Source of the DNA: Eledone cirrhosa
Lineage: Eukaryota
Reading direction: 5' to 3'
NCBI GenBank assembly: GCA_964016885.1
Contig: OZ024755.1
Span: 39,742,001 to 39,806,000 of the forward strand
Length of the DNA stretch: 64,000 bases
Every line of letters starts with the position of its first letter. Position 1 is the stretch's first letter. The notes beneath the pieces were generated by a model, which saw only the letters and a program-made list of their open reading frames with translations, ran no database searches and was not told where the DNA came from. Shown in pieces: positions 1-15,099 of the stretch. The translations under genes and the position numbers were made by a program.

Positions 1-3000
1 TGTGTGATATATGTTAGTGTGTGATATATGTTAGTGTGTGATATATGTTAATGTGTGATATATGTTAGTGTGTGATATATGTTAATGTGTGATATATGTT
101 AGTGTGTGATATATGTTAGTGTGTGATATATGTTAGTGTGTGATATATGTTAGTGTGTGATATATGTTAATGTGTGATATATGTTAGTGTGTGATATACG
201 TTAGTGTGTGATATATGTTAGTGTGTGATATATGTTAGTGTGTGATATATGTTAGTGTGTGATATATGTTAGTGTGTAATATATCTTAGTATGTGATATA
301 TGTTAGTGTGTGATATATCTTAGTGTGTAATATATCTTAGTGTGTGGTATATGTTAGTGTGTGATATAAGTTAGTGTGTGATATATGTTAGTGTGTGATT
401 TATTTTAGTGTGTGATATATGTTAGTGTCTGATATATGTTAATGTGTGATATATGTTAGTGTGTGATATATGTTAGTGTGTGATATATGTTAGTGTGTGA
501 TATATGTTAATGTGTGATATATGTTAGTGTGTGATATATGTTAGTGTGTGATATATGTTAATGTGTGATATATGTTAGTGTGTGATATATGTTAATGTGT
601 GATATATGTTAGTGTGTGATATATGTTAGTGTGTGATATATGTTAGTGTGTGATATATGTTAATTTGTGATATATGTTAGTGTGTGATATATGTTAGTGT
701 GTGATATATGTTAGTGAGTGATATATGTTAATGTGTGATATATGTTAGTGTGTGATATATGTTAGTGTTTGATATATGTTAGTGTGTGATATATGTTAGT
801 GTGTGATATATGTTAGTGTGTGATATATGTTAGCGTGTGATATATGTTAGTGTGTGATATATGTTAGTGTGTGATATATGTTAATGTGTGATATATGTTA
901 GTGTGTGATATATGTTAGTGTGTGATATATGTTAATGTGTGATATATGTTAGTGTGTGATATATGATAGTGTGTGATATATGTTAGTGTGTGATATATGT
1001 TAGTGTGTGATATATGTTAGTGTGTGATATAATTTAGTGTGTGATATATTTTAGTGTGTGATATATGTTAGTGTGTGATATATGTTAGTGTGTGATATAT
1101 GTTAGTGTGTGATATATGTTAGTGTGTGATATATGTTAGTGTGTGATATATGTTAGTGTGTGATATAATTTAGTGTGTGATATATGTTAGTGTGTGATAT
1201 ATGTTAGTGTGTGATATATGTTAGTGTGTGATATAATTTAGTGTGTGATATATGTTAGTGTGTGGTATATGTTAGTGTGTGATATATGTTAGTGTGTGAT
1301 ATATTTTAGTGTGTGATATATGTTAGTGTGTGATATATGTTAGTGTGTGATATATGTTAGTGTGTGATATAATTTAGTGTGTGATATATGTTAGTGTGTG
1401 GTATATGTTAGTGTGTGATATAAGTTAGTGTGTAATATATGTTAGTGTATAATATGTGTTAGTGTGTGATATATGTTAGTGTGTTATATATGTTAGTGTG
1501 TGATATATGTTAGTGTGTGATATAATTTAGTGTGTGATATATGTTAGTGTGTGGTATATGTTAGTGTGTGATATAAGTTAGTGTGTAATATATGTTAGTG
1601 TATAATATGTGTTAGTGTGTGATATATGTTAGTATGTGATATATGTTAGTGTGTGATATAAGTTAGTGTGTGATATATGTTATTGTATGATATATGTTAG
1701 TGTGTGATATATGTTAGTGTGTGATATAAGTTAGTGTGTGATATATGTTAGTGTGTGATATATGTTAGTGTGTGATATATGTTAGTGTGTGATATACGTT
1801 AGTGTGTGATATATGTTAATGTGTGATATATGTTAGTGTGTGATATATGTTAATGTGTGATATATGTTAGTGTGTGATATATGCTAGTGTGTGATATATG
1901 TTAGTGTGTGATATATGTTAGTGTGTGATATATGTTAGTGTGTGATATATTTTAGTGTGTGATATATGTTAGTGTGTGATATATGTTAATGTGTGATATA
2001 TGTTAGTGTGTGATATATGTTAGTGTGTGATATATGTTAGTGTGTGATATATGTTAATGTGTGATATATGTTAGTGTGTGATATATGTTAGTGTGTGATA
2101 TATGTTAGTGTGTGATATATGTTAGTGTGTGATATATGTTAGGGTGTGATATATGTTAGTGTGTGATATATGTTAGTGTGTGATATATTTTGGTGTGTGA
2201 TATATGTTAGTGTGTAATATATGTTAGTGTGTGATATATGTTAGTGTGTGATATATGTTAGTGTGTGATATATGTTAGTGTGTGATATATGTTAGTGTGT
2301 AACATATGTTAGTGTGTGTATATGTTAGTGTGTAATATATGTTAGTGTGTAAATATATTTTGGTGTATGATATATGTTAGTGTGTGATGTATGTTAATGT
2401 GTGATATATGTTAGTGTGTGATATATGTTAGTGTATAATATATGTTACTGTGTGATATATGTTAGTGTGTGATATATGTTAGTGCGTGATATATGGTAGT
2501 GTGTGATAATGTGTGATATATGTTAGTGTGTGATATATGATAGTGTGTGATATATGTTAGTGTGTGATATACGTTAGTGTGTGATATATGTTAGTGTGTG
2601 ATATATGTTAGTGTATGATATATGTTAGTGTGTGATATATGTTAGTGTGTGATATATTTTGGTGTGTGATATATGTTAGTGTGTAATATATGTTAGTGTG
2701 TGATATATGTTAATGTGTGATATATGTTAGTGTGTGATATATGTTAATGTGTGATATATGTTAGTGTGTGATATATGTTAGTGTGTGATATATGTTAGTG
2801 TGTGATATATGTTAATGTGTGATATATGTTAGTGTGTGATATATGTTAGTGTGTGATATATGTTAGTGTGTGATATATGTTAGTGTGTGATATATGTTAG
2901 TGTGTGATATATGTTAGTGTGTAATATATCTTAGTGTGTGGTATATGTTAGTGTGTGATATAAGTTAGTGTGTGATATATGTTAGTGTCTGATTTATTTT

Positions 3001-3559
3001 AGTGTGTGATATATGTTAGTGTGTGATATATGTTAATGTGTGATATATGTTAGTGTGTGATATATGTTAGTGTGTGATATATGTTAGTGTGTGATATATG
3101 TTAATGTGTGATATATGTTAGTGTGTAACATATGTTAGTGTGTGTATATGTTAGTGTGTAATATATGTTAGTGTGTAAATATATTTTGGTGTATGATATA
3201 TGTTAGTGTGTGATATATGTTAATGTGTGATATATGTTAGTGTGTGATATATGTTAGTGTATAATATATGTTACTGTGTGATATATGTTAGTGTGTGATA
3301 TATGTTAGTGCGTGATATATGGTAGTGTGTGATAATGTGTGATATATGTTAGTGTGTGATATATGATAGTGTGTGATATATGATAGTGTGTGATATATGT
3401 TAGTGTGTGATATATGTTAGTGTGTGATATATGTTAGTGTGTGATATATGTTAGTGTGTGATATATGTTAGTGTGTGATATACGTTAGTGTGTGATATAT
3501 GATAGTGTGTGATATATGTTAGTGTGTGATATATGTTAATGTGTGATATATGTTAGTGT

Positions 3560-6500
3560 GTGATATATGATAGTGTGTGATATATGTTAGTGTGTGATAT
3601 ATGTTAGTGTGTGATATATGTTAGTGTGTGGTATAATTTAGTGTGTCATATATGTTAGTGTGTGACATATGTTAGTGTGTGATATATTTTAGTGTGTGAT
3701 ATATTTTAGTGTGTGATATATGTTAGTGTGTGATATATGTTAGTGTGTGATATATTTTAGTGTGTGATATATGTTAGTGTGTGATAAATGTTAGCGTGTG
3801 ATATATGTTAGTGTGTGATATATGTTAGTGTGTGATATATGTTAGTGTGTGATATATGTTAGTGTGTTATATATGTTAGTGTGTGATATATGTTAGTGTG
3901 TGATATATGTTAATGTGTGATATATGTTAGTGTGTGATATATGTTAGTGTGTGATATATGTTAGTGTGTGATATATGTTAGTGTGTGATATATGTTAATG
4001 TGTGATATATGTTAGTGTGTGATATGTTAGTGTGTTATATATGTTAGTGTGTGATTTATTTTAGTGTGTGATATATGTTAGTGTGTGATATATGTTAATG
4101 TGTGATATATGTTAGTGTGTGATATATGTTAGTGTGTGATATATGTCAGTGTGTGATATATGTTAATGTGTGATATATGTTAGTGTGTGATATATGTTAG
4201 TGTGTGATATATGTTAATGTGTGATATATGTTAGTGTGTGATATATGTTAATGTGTGATATATGTTAGTGTGTGATATATGCTAGTGTGTGATATATGTT
4301 TGTGTGTGATATATGTTAGTGTGTGATATATGTTAGTGTGTGATATATGTTAGTGTGTGATATATGTTAGTGTGTGATATATTTTAGTGTGTGATATATG
4401 TTAATGTGTGATATATGTTAGTGTGTGATATATGCTAGTGTGTGATATATGTTAGTGTGTAATATATCTTAGTGTGTGGTATATGTTAGTGTGTGATATA
4501 AGTTAGTGTGTGATATATGTTAGTGTGTGATATATTTTAGTGTGTGATATATGTTAGTGTGTGATATATGTTAATGTGTGATATATGTTAGTGTGTGATA
4601 TATGTTAGTGTGTGATATATGTTAATGTGTGATATATGTTAGTGTGTGATATATGTTAGTGTGTGATATATGTTAATGTGTGATATATGTTAGTGTGTGA
4701 TATATGTTAATTTGTGATATATGTTAGTGTGTGATATATGTTAGTGTGTGATATATGTTAGTGTGTGATATATGTTAGTGTGTGATATATGTTAATGTGT
4801 GATATATGTTAGTGTGTGATATATGTTAGTGTGTAATATATTTTAGTATGTGATATATGTTAGTGTGTGATATAAGTTAGTGTGAGATATATGTTAGTGT
4901 ATGATATATGTTAGTGTCTGATATATGTTAGTGTGTGATATAAGTTAGTGTGTGATATATGTTAGTGTGTGATATATGTTAGTGTGTGATATATGTTAGT
5001 GTGTGATATACGTTAGTGTGTGATATATGTCAGTGTGTGATATATGTTAGTGTATGATATATGTTAGTGTGTGATATATGTTAGTGTGTGATATATTTTG
5101 TTGTGTGATATATGTTAGTGTGTAATATATGTTAGTGTGTGATATATGTTAGTGTGTGATATATGATAGTGTGTGATATATGTTAGTGTGTGATATATGT
5201 TAGTGTGTGATATATGTTAGTGTGTGATATAATTTAGTGTGTCATATATGTTAGTGTGTGACATATGTTAGTGTGTGATATATTTTAGGGTGTGATATAT
5301 TTTAGTGTGTGATATATGTTAGTGTGTGATATATGTTAGTGTGTGATATATTTTAGTGTGTGATATATGTTAGTGTGTGATAAATGTTAGCGTGTGATAT
5401 ATGTTAGTGTGTGATATATGTTAGTGTGTGATATATGTTAGTGTGTGATATATGTTAGTGTGTTATATATGTTAGTGTGTGATATATGTTAGTGTGTGAT
5501 ATATGTTAATGTGTGATATATGTTAGTGTGTGATATATGTTAGTGTGTGATATATGTTAGTGTGTGATATATGTTAGTGTGTGATATATGTTAATGTGTG
5601 ATATATGTTAGTGTGTGATATATGTTAATGTGTGATATATGTTAGTGTGTGATATGTTAGTGTGTTATATATGTTAGTGTGTGATTTATTTTAGTGTGTG
5701 ATATATGTTAGTGTGTGATATATGTTAATGTGTGATATATGTTAGTGTGTGATATATGTTAGTGTGTGATATATGTCAGTGTGTGATATATGTTAATGTG
5801 TGATATATGTTAGTGTGTGATATATGTTAGTGTGTGATATATGTTAATGTGTGATATATGTTAGTGTGTGATATATGTTAATGTGTGATATATGTTAGTG
5901 TGTGATATATGCTAGTGTGTGATATATGTTTGTGTGTGATATATGTTAGTGTGTGATATATGTTAGTGTGTGATATATGTTAGTGTGTGATATATGTTAG
6001 TGTGTGATATATTTTAGTGTGTGATATATGTTAATGTGTGATATATGTTAGTGTGTGATATATGCTAGTGTGTGATATATGTTAGTGTGTAATATATCTT
6101 AGTGTGTGGTATATGTTAGTGTGTGATATAAGTTAGTGTGTGATATATGTTAGTGTGTGATATATTTTAGTGTGTGATATATGTTAGTGTGTGATATATG
6201 TTAATGTGTGATATATGTTAGTGTGTGATATATGTTAGTGTGTGATATATGTTAATGTGTGATATATGTTAGTGTGTGATATATGTTAGTGTGTGATATA
6301 TGTTAATGTGTGATATATGTTAGTGTGTGATATATGTTAATTTGTGATATATGTTAGTGTGTGATATATGTTAGTGTGTGATATATGTTAGTGTGTGATA
6401 TATGTTAGTGTGTGATATATGTTAATGTGTGATATATGTTAGTGTGTGATATATGTTAGTGTGTAATATATTTTAGTATGTGATATATGTTAGTGTGTGA

Positions 6501-8800
6501 TATAAGTTAGTGTGAGATATATGTTAGTGTATGATATATGTTAGTGTCTGATATATGTTAGTGTGTGATATAAGTTAGTGTGTGATATATGTTAGTGTGT
6601 GATATATGTTAGTGTGTGATATATGTTAGTGTGTGATATACGTTAGTGTGTGATATATGTCAGTGTGTGATATATGTTAGTGTATGATATATGTTAGTGT
6701 GTGATATATGTTAGTGTGTGATATATTTTGTTGTGTGATATATGTTAGTGTGTAATATATGTTAGTGTGTGATATATGTTAGTGTGTGATATATGATAGT
6801 GTGTGATATATGTTAGTGTGTGATATATGTTAGTGTGTGATATATGTTACTGTGTGATATATGTTAGTGTGTGATATATGTTAGTGCGTGATATATGGTA
6901 GTGTGTGATAATGTGTGATATATGTTAGTGTGTGATATATGATAGTGTGTGATATATGATAGTGTGTGATACATGTTAGTGTGTGATATATGTTAGTGTG
7001 TGATATATGTTAGTGTGTGATATATGTTAGTGTGTGATATATGTTAGTGTGTGATATACGTTAGTGTGTGATATATGATAGTGTGTGATATATGTTAGTG
7101 TGTGATATATGTTAATGTGTGATATATGTTAGTGTGTGATATATGATAGTGTGTGATATATGTTAGTGTGTGATATATGTTAGTGTGTGATATATGTTAG
7201 TGTGTGATATAATTTAGTGTGTCATATATGTTAGTGTGTGACATATGTTAGTGTGTGATATATTTTAGTGTGTGATATATTTTAGTGTGTGATATATGTT
7301 AGTGTGTGATATATGTTAGTGTGTGATATATTTTAGTGTGTGATATATGTTAGTGTGTGATAAATGTTAGCGTGTGATATATGTTAGTGTGTGATATATG
7401 TTAGTGTGTGATATATGTTAGTGTGTGATATATGTTAGTGTGTTATATATGTTAGTGTGTGATATATGTTAGTGTGTGATATATGTTAATGTGTGATATA
7501 TGTTAGTGTGTGATATATGTTAGTGTGTGATATATGTTAGTGTGTGATATATGTTAGTGTGTGATATATGTTAATGTGTGATATATGTTAGTGTGTGATA
7601 TATGTTAATGTGTGATATATGTTAGTGTGTGATATGTTAGTGTGTTATATATGTTATTGTGTGATTTATTTTAGTGTGTGATATATGTTAGTGTGTGATA
7701 TATGTTAATGTGTGATATATGTTAGTGTGTGATATATGTTAGTGTGTGATATATGTCAGTGTGTGATATATGTTAATGTGTGATATATGTTAGTGTGTGA
7801 TATATGTTAGTGTGTGATATATGTTAATGTGTGATATATGTTAGTGTGTGATATATGTTAATGTGTGATATATGTTAGTGTGTGATATATGCTAGTGTGT
7901 GATATATGTTTGTGTGTGATATATGTTAGTGTGTGATATATGTTAGTGTGTGATATATGTTAGTGTGTGATATATGTTAGTGTGTGATATATTTTAGTGT
8001 GTGATATATGTTAATGTGTGATATATGTTAGTGTGTGATATATGCTAGTGTGTGATATATGTTAGTGTGTAATATATCTTAGTGTGTGGTATATGTTAGT
8101 GTGTGATATAAGTTAGTGTGTGATATATGTTAGTGTGTGATATATTTTAGTGTGTGATATATGTTAGTGTGTGATATATGTTAATGTGTGATATATGTTA
8201 GTGTGTGATATATGTTAGTGTGTGATATATGTTAATGTGTGATATATGTTAGTGTGTGATATATGTTAGTGTGTGATATATGTTAATGTGTGATATATGT
8301 TAGTGTGTGATATATGTTAATTTGTGATATATGTTAGTGTGTGATATATGTTAGTGTGTGATATATGTTAGTGTGTGATATATGTTAGTGTGTGATATAT
8401 GTTAATGTGTGATATATGTTAGTGTGTGATATATGTTAGTGTGTAATATATTTTAGTATGTGATATATGTTAGTGTGTGATATAAGTTAGTGTGTGATAT
8501 ATGTTAGTGTATGATATATGTTAGTGTCTGATATATGTTAGTGTGTGATATAAGTTAGTGTGTGATATATGTTAGTGTGTGATATATGTTAGTGTGTGAT
8601 ATATGTTAGTGTGTGATATACGTTAGTGTGTGATATATGTCAGTGTGTGATATATGTTAGTGTATGATATATGTTAGTGTGTGATATATGTTAGTGTGTG
8701 ATATATTTTGTTGTGTGATATATGTTAGTGTGTAATATATGTTAGTGTGTGATATATGTTAGTGTGTGATATATGATAGTGTGTGATATATGTTAGTGTG
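3560..8800 (+). repeat. Three near-tandem copies of a roughly 1.6-kb higher-order block within the 17-bp array
   Basis: GACATATG at 3664/5260/7240, GATAAATG at 3783/5379/7359 and ATATATTTTGTTG at 5091/6721/8701 recur in the same order (offsets 1596-1630, then 1980). Boundaries are approximate. Confidence 0.85.
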
Positions 8801-11800
8801 TGATATATGTTAGTGTGTGATATATGTTAGTGTGTGATATATGATAGTGTGTGATATATGTTAGTGTGTGATATATGTTAGTGTGTGATATATGTTAGTG
8901 TGTGATATATGTTAGTGTATGATATATGTTAGTGTCTGATATATGTTAGTGTGTGATATATGTTAGTGTGTGATATATGTTAGTGTGTGATATATGTTAG
9001 TGTGTGATATATGATAGTGTGTGATATATGTTAGTGTGTGATATATGTTAGTGTGTGATATATGTTAGTGTGTGATATATGTTAGTGTGTGATATATGTT
9101 AGTGTGTAATATATGTTAGTGTGTGATATAAGTTAGTGCGTGATATATGGTAGTGTGTGATAATGTATGATATATGTTAGTGTGTGATATATGTTAATGT
9201 GTGATATATGTTAGTGTGTGATATATGATAGTGTGTGATATATGTTAGTGTGTGATATATGTTAGTGTGTGATATATGTTAGTGTGTGATCTAATTTAGT
9301 GTGTCATATATGTTAGTGTGTGATATATGTTAGTGTATGATATATGTTAGTGTGTGATATATGTTAGTGTGTGATATATTTTGTTGTGTGATATATGTTA
9401 GTGTGTAATATATGTTAGTGTGTGATATATGTTAGTGTGTGATATATGATAGTGTGTGATATATGTTAGTGTGTGATATATGTTAGTGTGTGATATATGT
9501 TAGTGTGTGATATATGTTAGTGTGTGATATATGATAGTGTGTGATATATGTTAGTGTGTGATATATGTTAGTGTGTGATATATGTTAGTGTGTGATATAT
9601 GTTAGTGTATGATATATGTTAGTGTCTGATATATGTTAGTGTGTGATATATGTTAGTGTGTGATATATGTTAGTGTGTGATATATGTTAGTGTGTGATAT
9701 ATGATAGTGTGTGATATATGTTAGTGTGTGATATATGTTAGTGTGTGATATATGTTAGTGTGTGATATATGTTAGTGTGTGATATATGTTAGTGTGTAAT
9801 ATATGTTAGTGTGTGATATAAGTTAGTGCGTGATATATGGTAGTGTGTGATAATGTATGATATATGTTAGTGTGTGATATATGTTAATGTGTGATATATG
9901 TTAGTGTGTGATATATGATAGTGTGTGATATATGTTAGTGTGTGATATATGTTAGTGTGTGATATATGTTAGTGTGTGATCTAATTTAGTGTGTCATATA
10001 TGTTAGTGTGTGATATATGTTAGTGTGTGATATATTTTAGTGTGTGATATATTTTAGTGTGTGATATATGTTAGTGTGTGATATATGTTAGTGTGTGATA
10101 TATTTTAGTGTGTGATATATGTTAGTGTGTGATATATATTAGTGTGTGATATATGTTAGTGTGTGATATATGTTAGTGTGTGATATATGTTAGTGTGTGA
10201 TATATGTTAGTGTGTGATATATGTTAGTGTGTGATATATGTTAGTGTGTGATATATGTTAATGTGTGATATATGTTAGTGTGTGATATATGTTAATGTGT
10301 GATATATGTTAGTGTGTGATATATGTTAGTGTGTGATATATGTTAGTGTGTGATATATGTTAGTGTGTGATATATGTTAATGTGTGATATATGTTAGTGT
10401 GTGATATACGTTAGTGTGTGATATATGTTAGTGTGTGATATATGTTAGTGTGTGATATATGTTAGTGTGTGATATATGTTAGTGTGTAATATATCTTAGT
10501 GTGTGATATATGTTAGTGTGTGATATATCTTAGTGTGTAATATATCTTAGTGTGTGGTATATGTTAGTGTGTGATATAAGTTAGTGTGTGATATATGTTA
10601 GTGTGTGATTTATTTTAGTGTGTGATATATGTTAGTGTCTGATATATGTTAATGTGTGATATATGTTAGTGTGTGATATATGTTAGTGTGTGATATATGT
10701 TAGTGTGTGATATATGTTAATGTGTGATATATGTTAGTGTGTGATATATGTTAGTGTGTGATATATGTTAATGTGTGATATATGTTAGTGTGTGATATAT
10801 GTTAATGTGTGATATATGTTAGTGTGTGATATATGTTAGTGTGTGATATATGTTAGTGTGTGATATATGTTAATTTGTGATATATGTTAGTGTGTGATAT
10901 ATGTTAGTGTGTGATATATGTTAGTGAGTGATATAAGTTAATGTGTGATATATGTTAGTGTGTGATATATGTTAGTGTTTGATATATGTTAGTGTGTGAT
11001 ATATGTTAGTGTGTGATATATGTTAGTGTGTGATATATGTTAGCGTGTGATATATGTTAGTGTGTGATATATGTTAGTGTGTGATATATGTTAATGTGTG
11101 ATATATGTTAGTGTGTGATATATGTTAGTGTGTGATATATGTTAATGTGTGATATATGTTAGTGTGTGATATATGATAGTGTGTGATATATGTTAGTGTG
11201 TGATATATGTTAGTGTGTGATATATGTTAGTGTGTGATATAATTTAGTGTGTGATATATGTTAATGTGTGGTATATGTTAGTGTGTGATATATGTTAGTG
11301 TGTGATATATTTTAGTGTGTGATATATGTTAGTGTGTGATATATGTTAGTGTGTGATATATGTTAGTGTGTGATATATGTTAGTGTGTGATATATGTTAG
11401 TGTGTGATATATGTTAGTGTGTGATATAATTTAGTGTGTGATATATGTTAGTGTGTGATATATGTTAGTGTGTGATATATGTTAGTGTGTGATATAATTT
11501 AGTGTGTGATATATGTTAGTGTGTGGTATATGTTAGTGTGTGATATATGTTAGTGTGTGATATATTTTAGTGTGTGATATATGTTAGTGTGTGATATATG
11601 TTAGTGTGTGATATATGTTAGTGTGTGATATAATTTAGTGTGTGATATATGTTAGTGTGTGGTATATGTTAGTGTGTGATATAAGTTAGTGTGTAATATA
11701 TGTTAGTGTATAATATGTGTTAGTGTGTGATATATGTTAGTGTGTTATATATGTTAGTGTGTGATATATGTTAGTGTGTGATATAATTTAGTGTGTGATA

Positions 11801-14800
11801 TATGTTAGTGTGTGGTATATGTTAGTGTGTGATATAAGTTAGTGTGTAATATATGTTAGTGTATAATATGTGTTAGTGTGTGATATATGTTAGTATGTGA
11901 TATATGTTAGTGTGTGATATAAGTTAGTGTGTGATATATGTTATTGTATGATATATGTTAGTGTGTGATATATGTTAGTGTGTGATATAAGTTAGTGTGT
12001 GATATATGTTAGTGTGTGATATATGTTAGTGTGTGATATATGTTAGTGTGTGATATACGTTAGTGTGTGATATATGTTAATGTGTGATATATGTTAGTGT
12101 GTGATATATGTTAATGTGTGATATATGTTAGTGTGTGATATATGCTAGTGTGTGATATATGTTAGTGTGTGATATATGTTAGTGTGTGATATATGTTAGT
12201 GTGTGATATATTTTAGTGTGTGATATATGTTAGTGTGTGATATATGTTAATGTGTGATATATGTTAGTGTGTGATATATGTTAGTGTGTGATATATGTTA
12301 GTGTGTGATATATGTTAATGTGTGATATATGTTAGTGTGTGATATATGTTAGTGTGTGATATATGTTAGTGTGTGATATATGTTAGTGTGTGATATATGT
12401 TAGGGTGTGATATATGTTAGTGTGTGATATATGTTAGTGTGTGATATATTTTGGTGTGTGATATATGTTAGTGTGTAATATATGTTAGTGTGTGATATAT
12501 GTTAGTGTGTGATATATGTTAGTGTGTGATATATGTTAGTGTGTGATATATGTTAGTGTGTAACATATGTTAGTGTGTGTATATGTTAGTGTGTAATATA
12601 TGTTAGTGTGTAAATATATTTTGGTGTATGATATATGTTAGTGTGTGATGTATGTTAATGTGTGATATATGTTAGTGTGTGATATATGTTAGTGTATAAT
12701 ATATGTTACTGTGTGATATATGTTAGTGTGTGATATATGTTAGTGCGTGATATATGGTAGTGTGTGATAATGTGTGATATATGTTAGTGTGTGATATATG
12801 ATAGTGTGTGATATATGTTAGTGTGTGATATACGTTAGTGTGTGATATATGTTAGTGTGTGATATATGTTAGTGTATGATATATGTTAGTGTGTGATATA
12901 TGTTAGTGTGTGATATATTTTGGTGTGTGATATATGTTAGTGTGTAATATATGTTAGTGTGTGATATATGTTAATGTGTGATATATGTTAGTGTGTGATA
13001 TATGTTAATGTGTGATATATGTTAGTGTGTGATATATGTTAGTGTGTGATATATGTTAGTGTGTGATATATGTTAATGTGTGATATATGTTAGTGTGTGA
13101 TATATGTTAGTGTGTGATATATGTTAGTGTGTGATATATGTTAGTGTGTGATATATGTTAGTGTGTGATATATGTTAGTGTGTAATATATCTTAGTGTGT
13201 GGTATATGTTAGTGTGTGATATAAGTTAGTGTGTGATATATGTTAGTGTCTGATTTATTTTAGTGTGTGATATATGTTAGTGTGTGATATATGTTAATGT
13301 GTGATATATGTTAGTGTGTGATATATGTTAGTGTGTGATATATGTTAGTGTGTGATATATGTTAATGTGTGATATATCTTAGTGTGTGATATATGTTAGG
13401 GTGTGATATATGTTAATGTGTCGATATATGTTAATGTGTGATATATGTTAGTGTGTGATATATGTTAGTGTGTGATATATGTTAGTGTGCGATATATGTT
13501 AGTGTGTGATATATGTTAGTGTGTGATATATGATAGTGTGTGATATATGTTAGTGTGTGATATACGTTAGTGTTTGATATATGTTAGTGTGTGATATATG
13601 TTAGTGTATGATATATGTTAGTGTGTGATATATGTTAGTGTGTGATATATTTTGGTGTGTGATATATGTTAGTGTGTAATATATGTTAGTGTGTGATATA
13701 TGTTAATGTGTGATATATGTTAGTGTGTGATATATGTTAATGTGTGATATATGTTAGTGTGTGATATATGTTAGTGTGTGATATATGTTAGTGTGTGATA
13801 TATGTTAATGTGTGATATATGTTAGTGTGTGATATATGTTAGTGTGTGATATATGTTAGTGTGTGATATATGTTAGTGTGTGATATATGTTAGTGTGTGA
13901 TATATGTTAGTGTGTAATATATCTTAGTGTGTGGTATATGTTAGTGTGTGATATAAGTTAGTGTGTGATATATGTTAGTGTCTGATTTATTTTAGTGTGT
14001 GATATATGTTAGTGTGTGATATATGTTAATGTGTGATATATGTTAGTGTGTGATATATGTTAGTGTGTGATATATGTTAGTGTGTGATATATGTTAATGT
14101 GTGATATATCTTAGTGTGTGATATATGTTAGGGTGTGATATATGTTAATGTGTCGATATATGTTAATGTGTGATATATGTTAGTGTGTGATATATGTTAG
14201 TGTGTGATATATGTTAGTGTGCGATATATGTTAGTGTGTGATATATGTTAGTGTGTGATATATGTTAATGTGTGATATATGTTAGTGTGTGATATATGTT
14301 AGTGTGTGATATATGTTAATGTGTGATATATGTTAGTGTGTGATATATGATAGTGTGTGATATATGTTAGTGTGTGATATATGTTAGTGTGTGATATATG
14401 TTAGTGTGTGATATAATTTAGTGTGTGATATATGTTAGTGTGTGATATATGTTAGTGTGTGATATATGTTAGTGTGTGATATATTTTAGTGTGTGATATA
14501 TGTTAGTGTGTGATATATGTTAGTGTGTGATATATGTTAGTGTGTGATATATGTTAGTGTGTGATATATGTTAGTGTGTGATATATGTTAGTGTGTGATA
14601 TATGTTAGTGTGTGATATAATTTAGTGTTATATATGTTAGGGTGTGATACATGTTAGTGTGCGATATATGTTAGTGTGTGATATATGTTAGTGTGTGATA
14701 TATGTTAGTGTGTGATATACGTTAGTGTGTGATATATGTTAGTGTGTGATATATGTTAGTGTGTGATATAAGTTAGTGTGTAATATATGTTAGTGTATAA

Positions 14801-15099
14801 TATGTGTTAGTGTGTGATATATGTTAGTGTGTGATATATGTTAGTGTGTGATATATGTTATTGTGTGATATATGTTAGTGTGTGATATATGTTAGTGTGT
14901 GATATATGTTAGTGTGTAATATATTTTAGTATGTGATATATGTTAGTGTGTGATATCAGTTAGTGTGTGATATATGTTAGTGTATGATATATGTTAGTGT
15001 GTGATATATGTTAGTGTGTGATATATGTTAGTGTGTGATATATGATAGTGTGTGATATATGTTAGTGTCTGATATATGTTAGTGTGTGATATATGTTAG

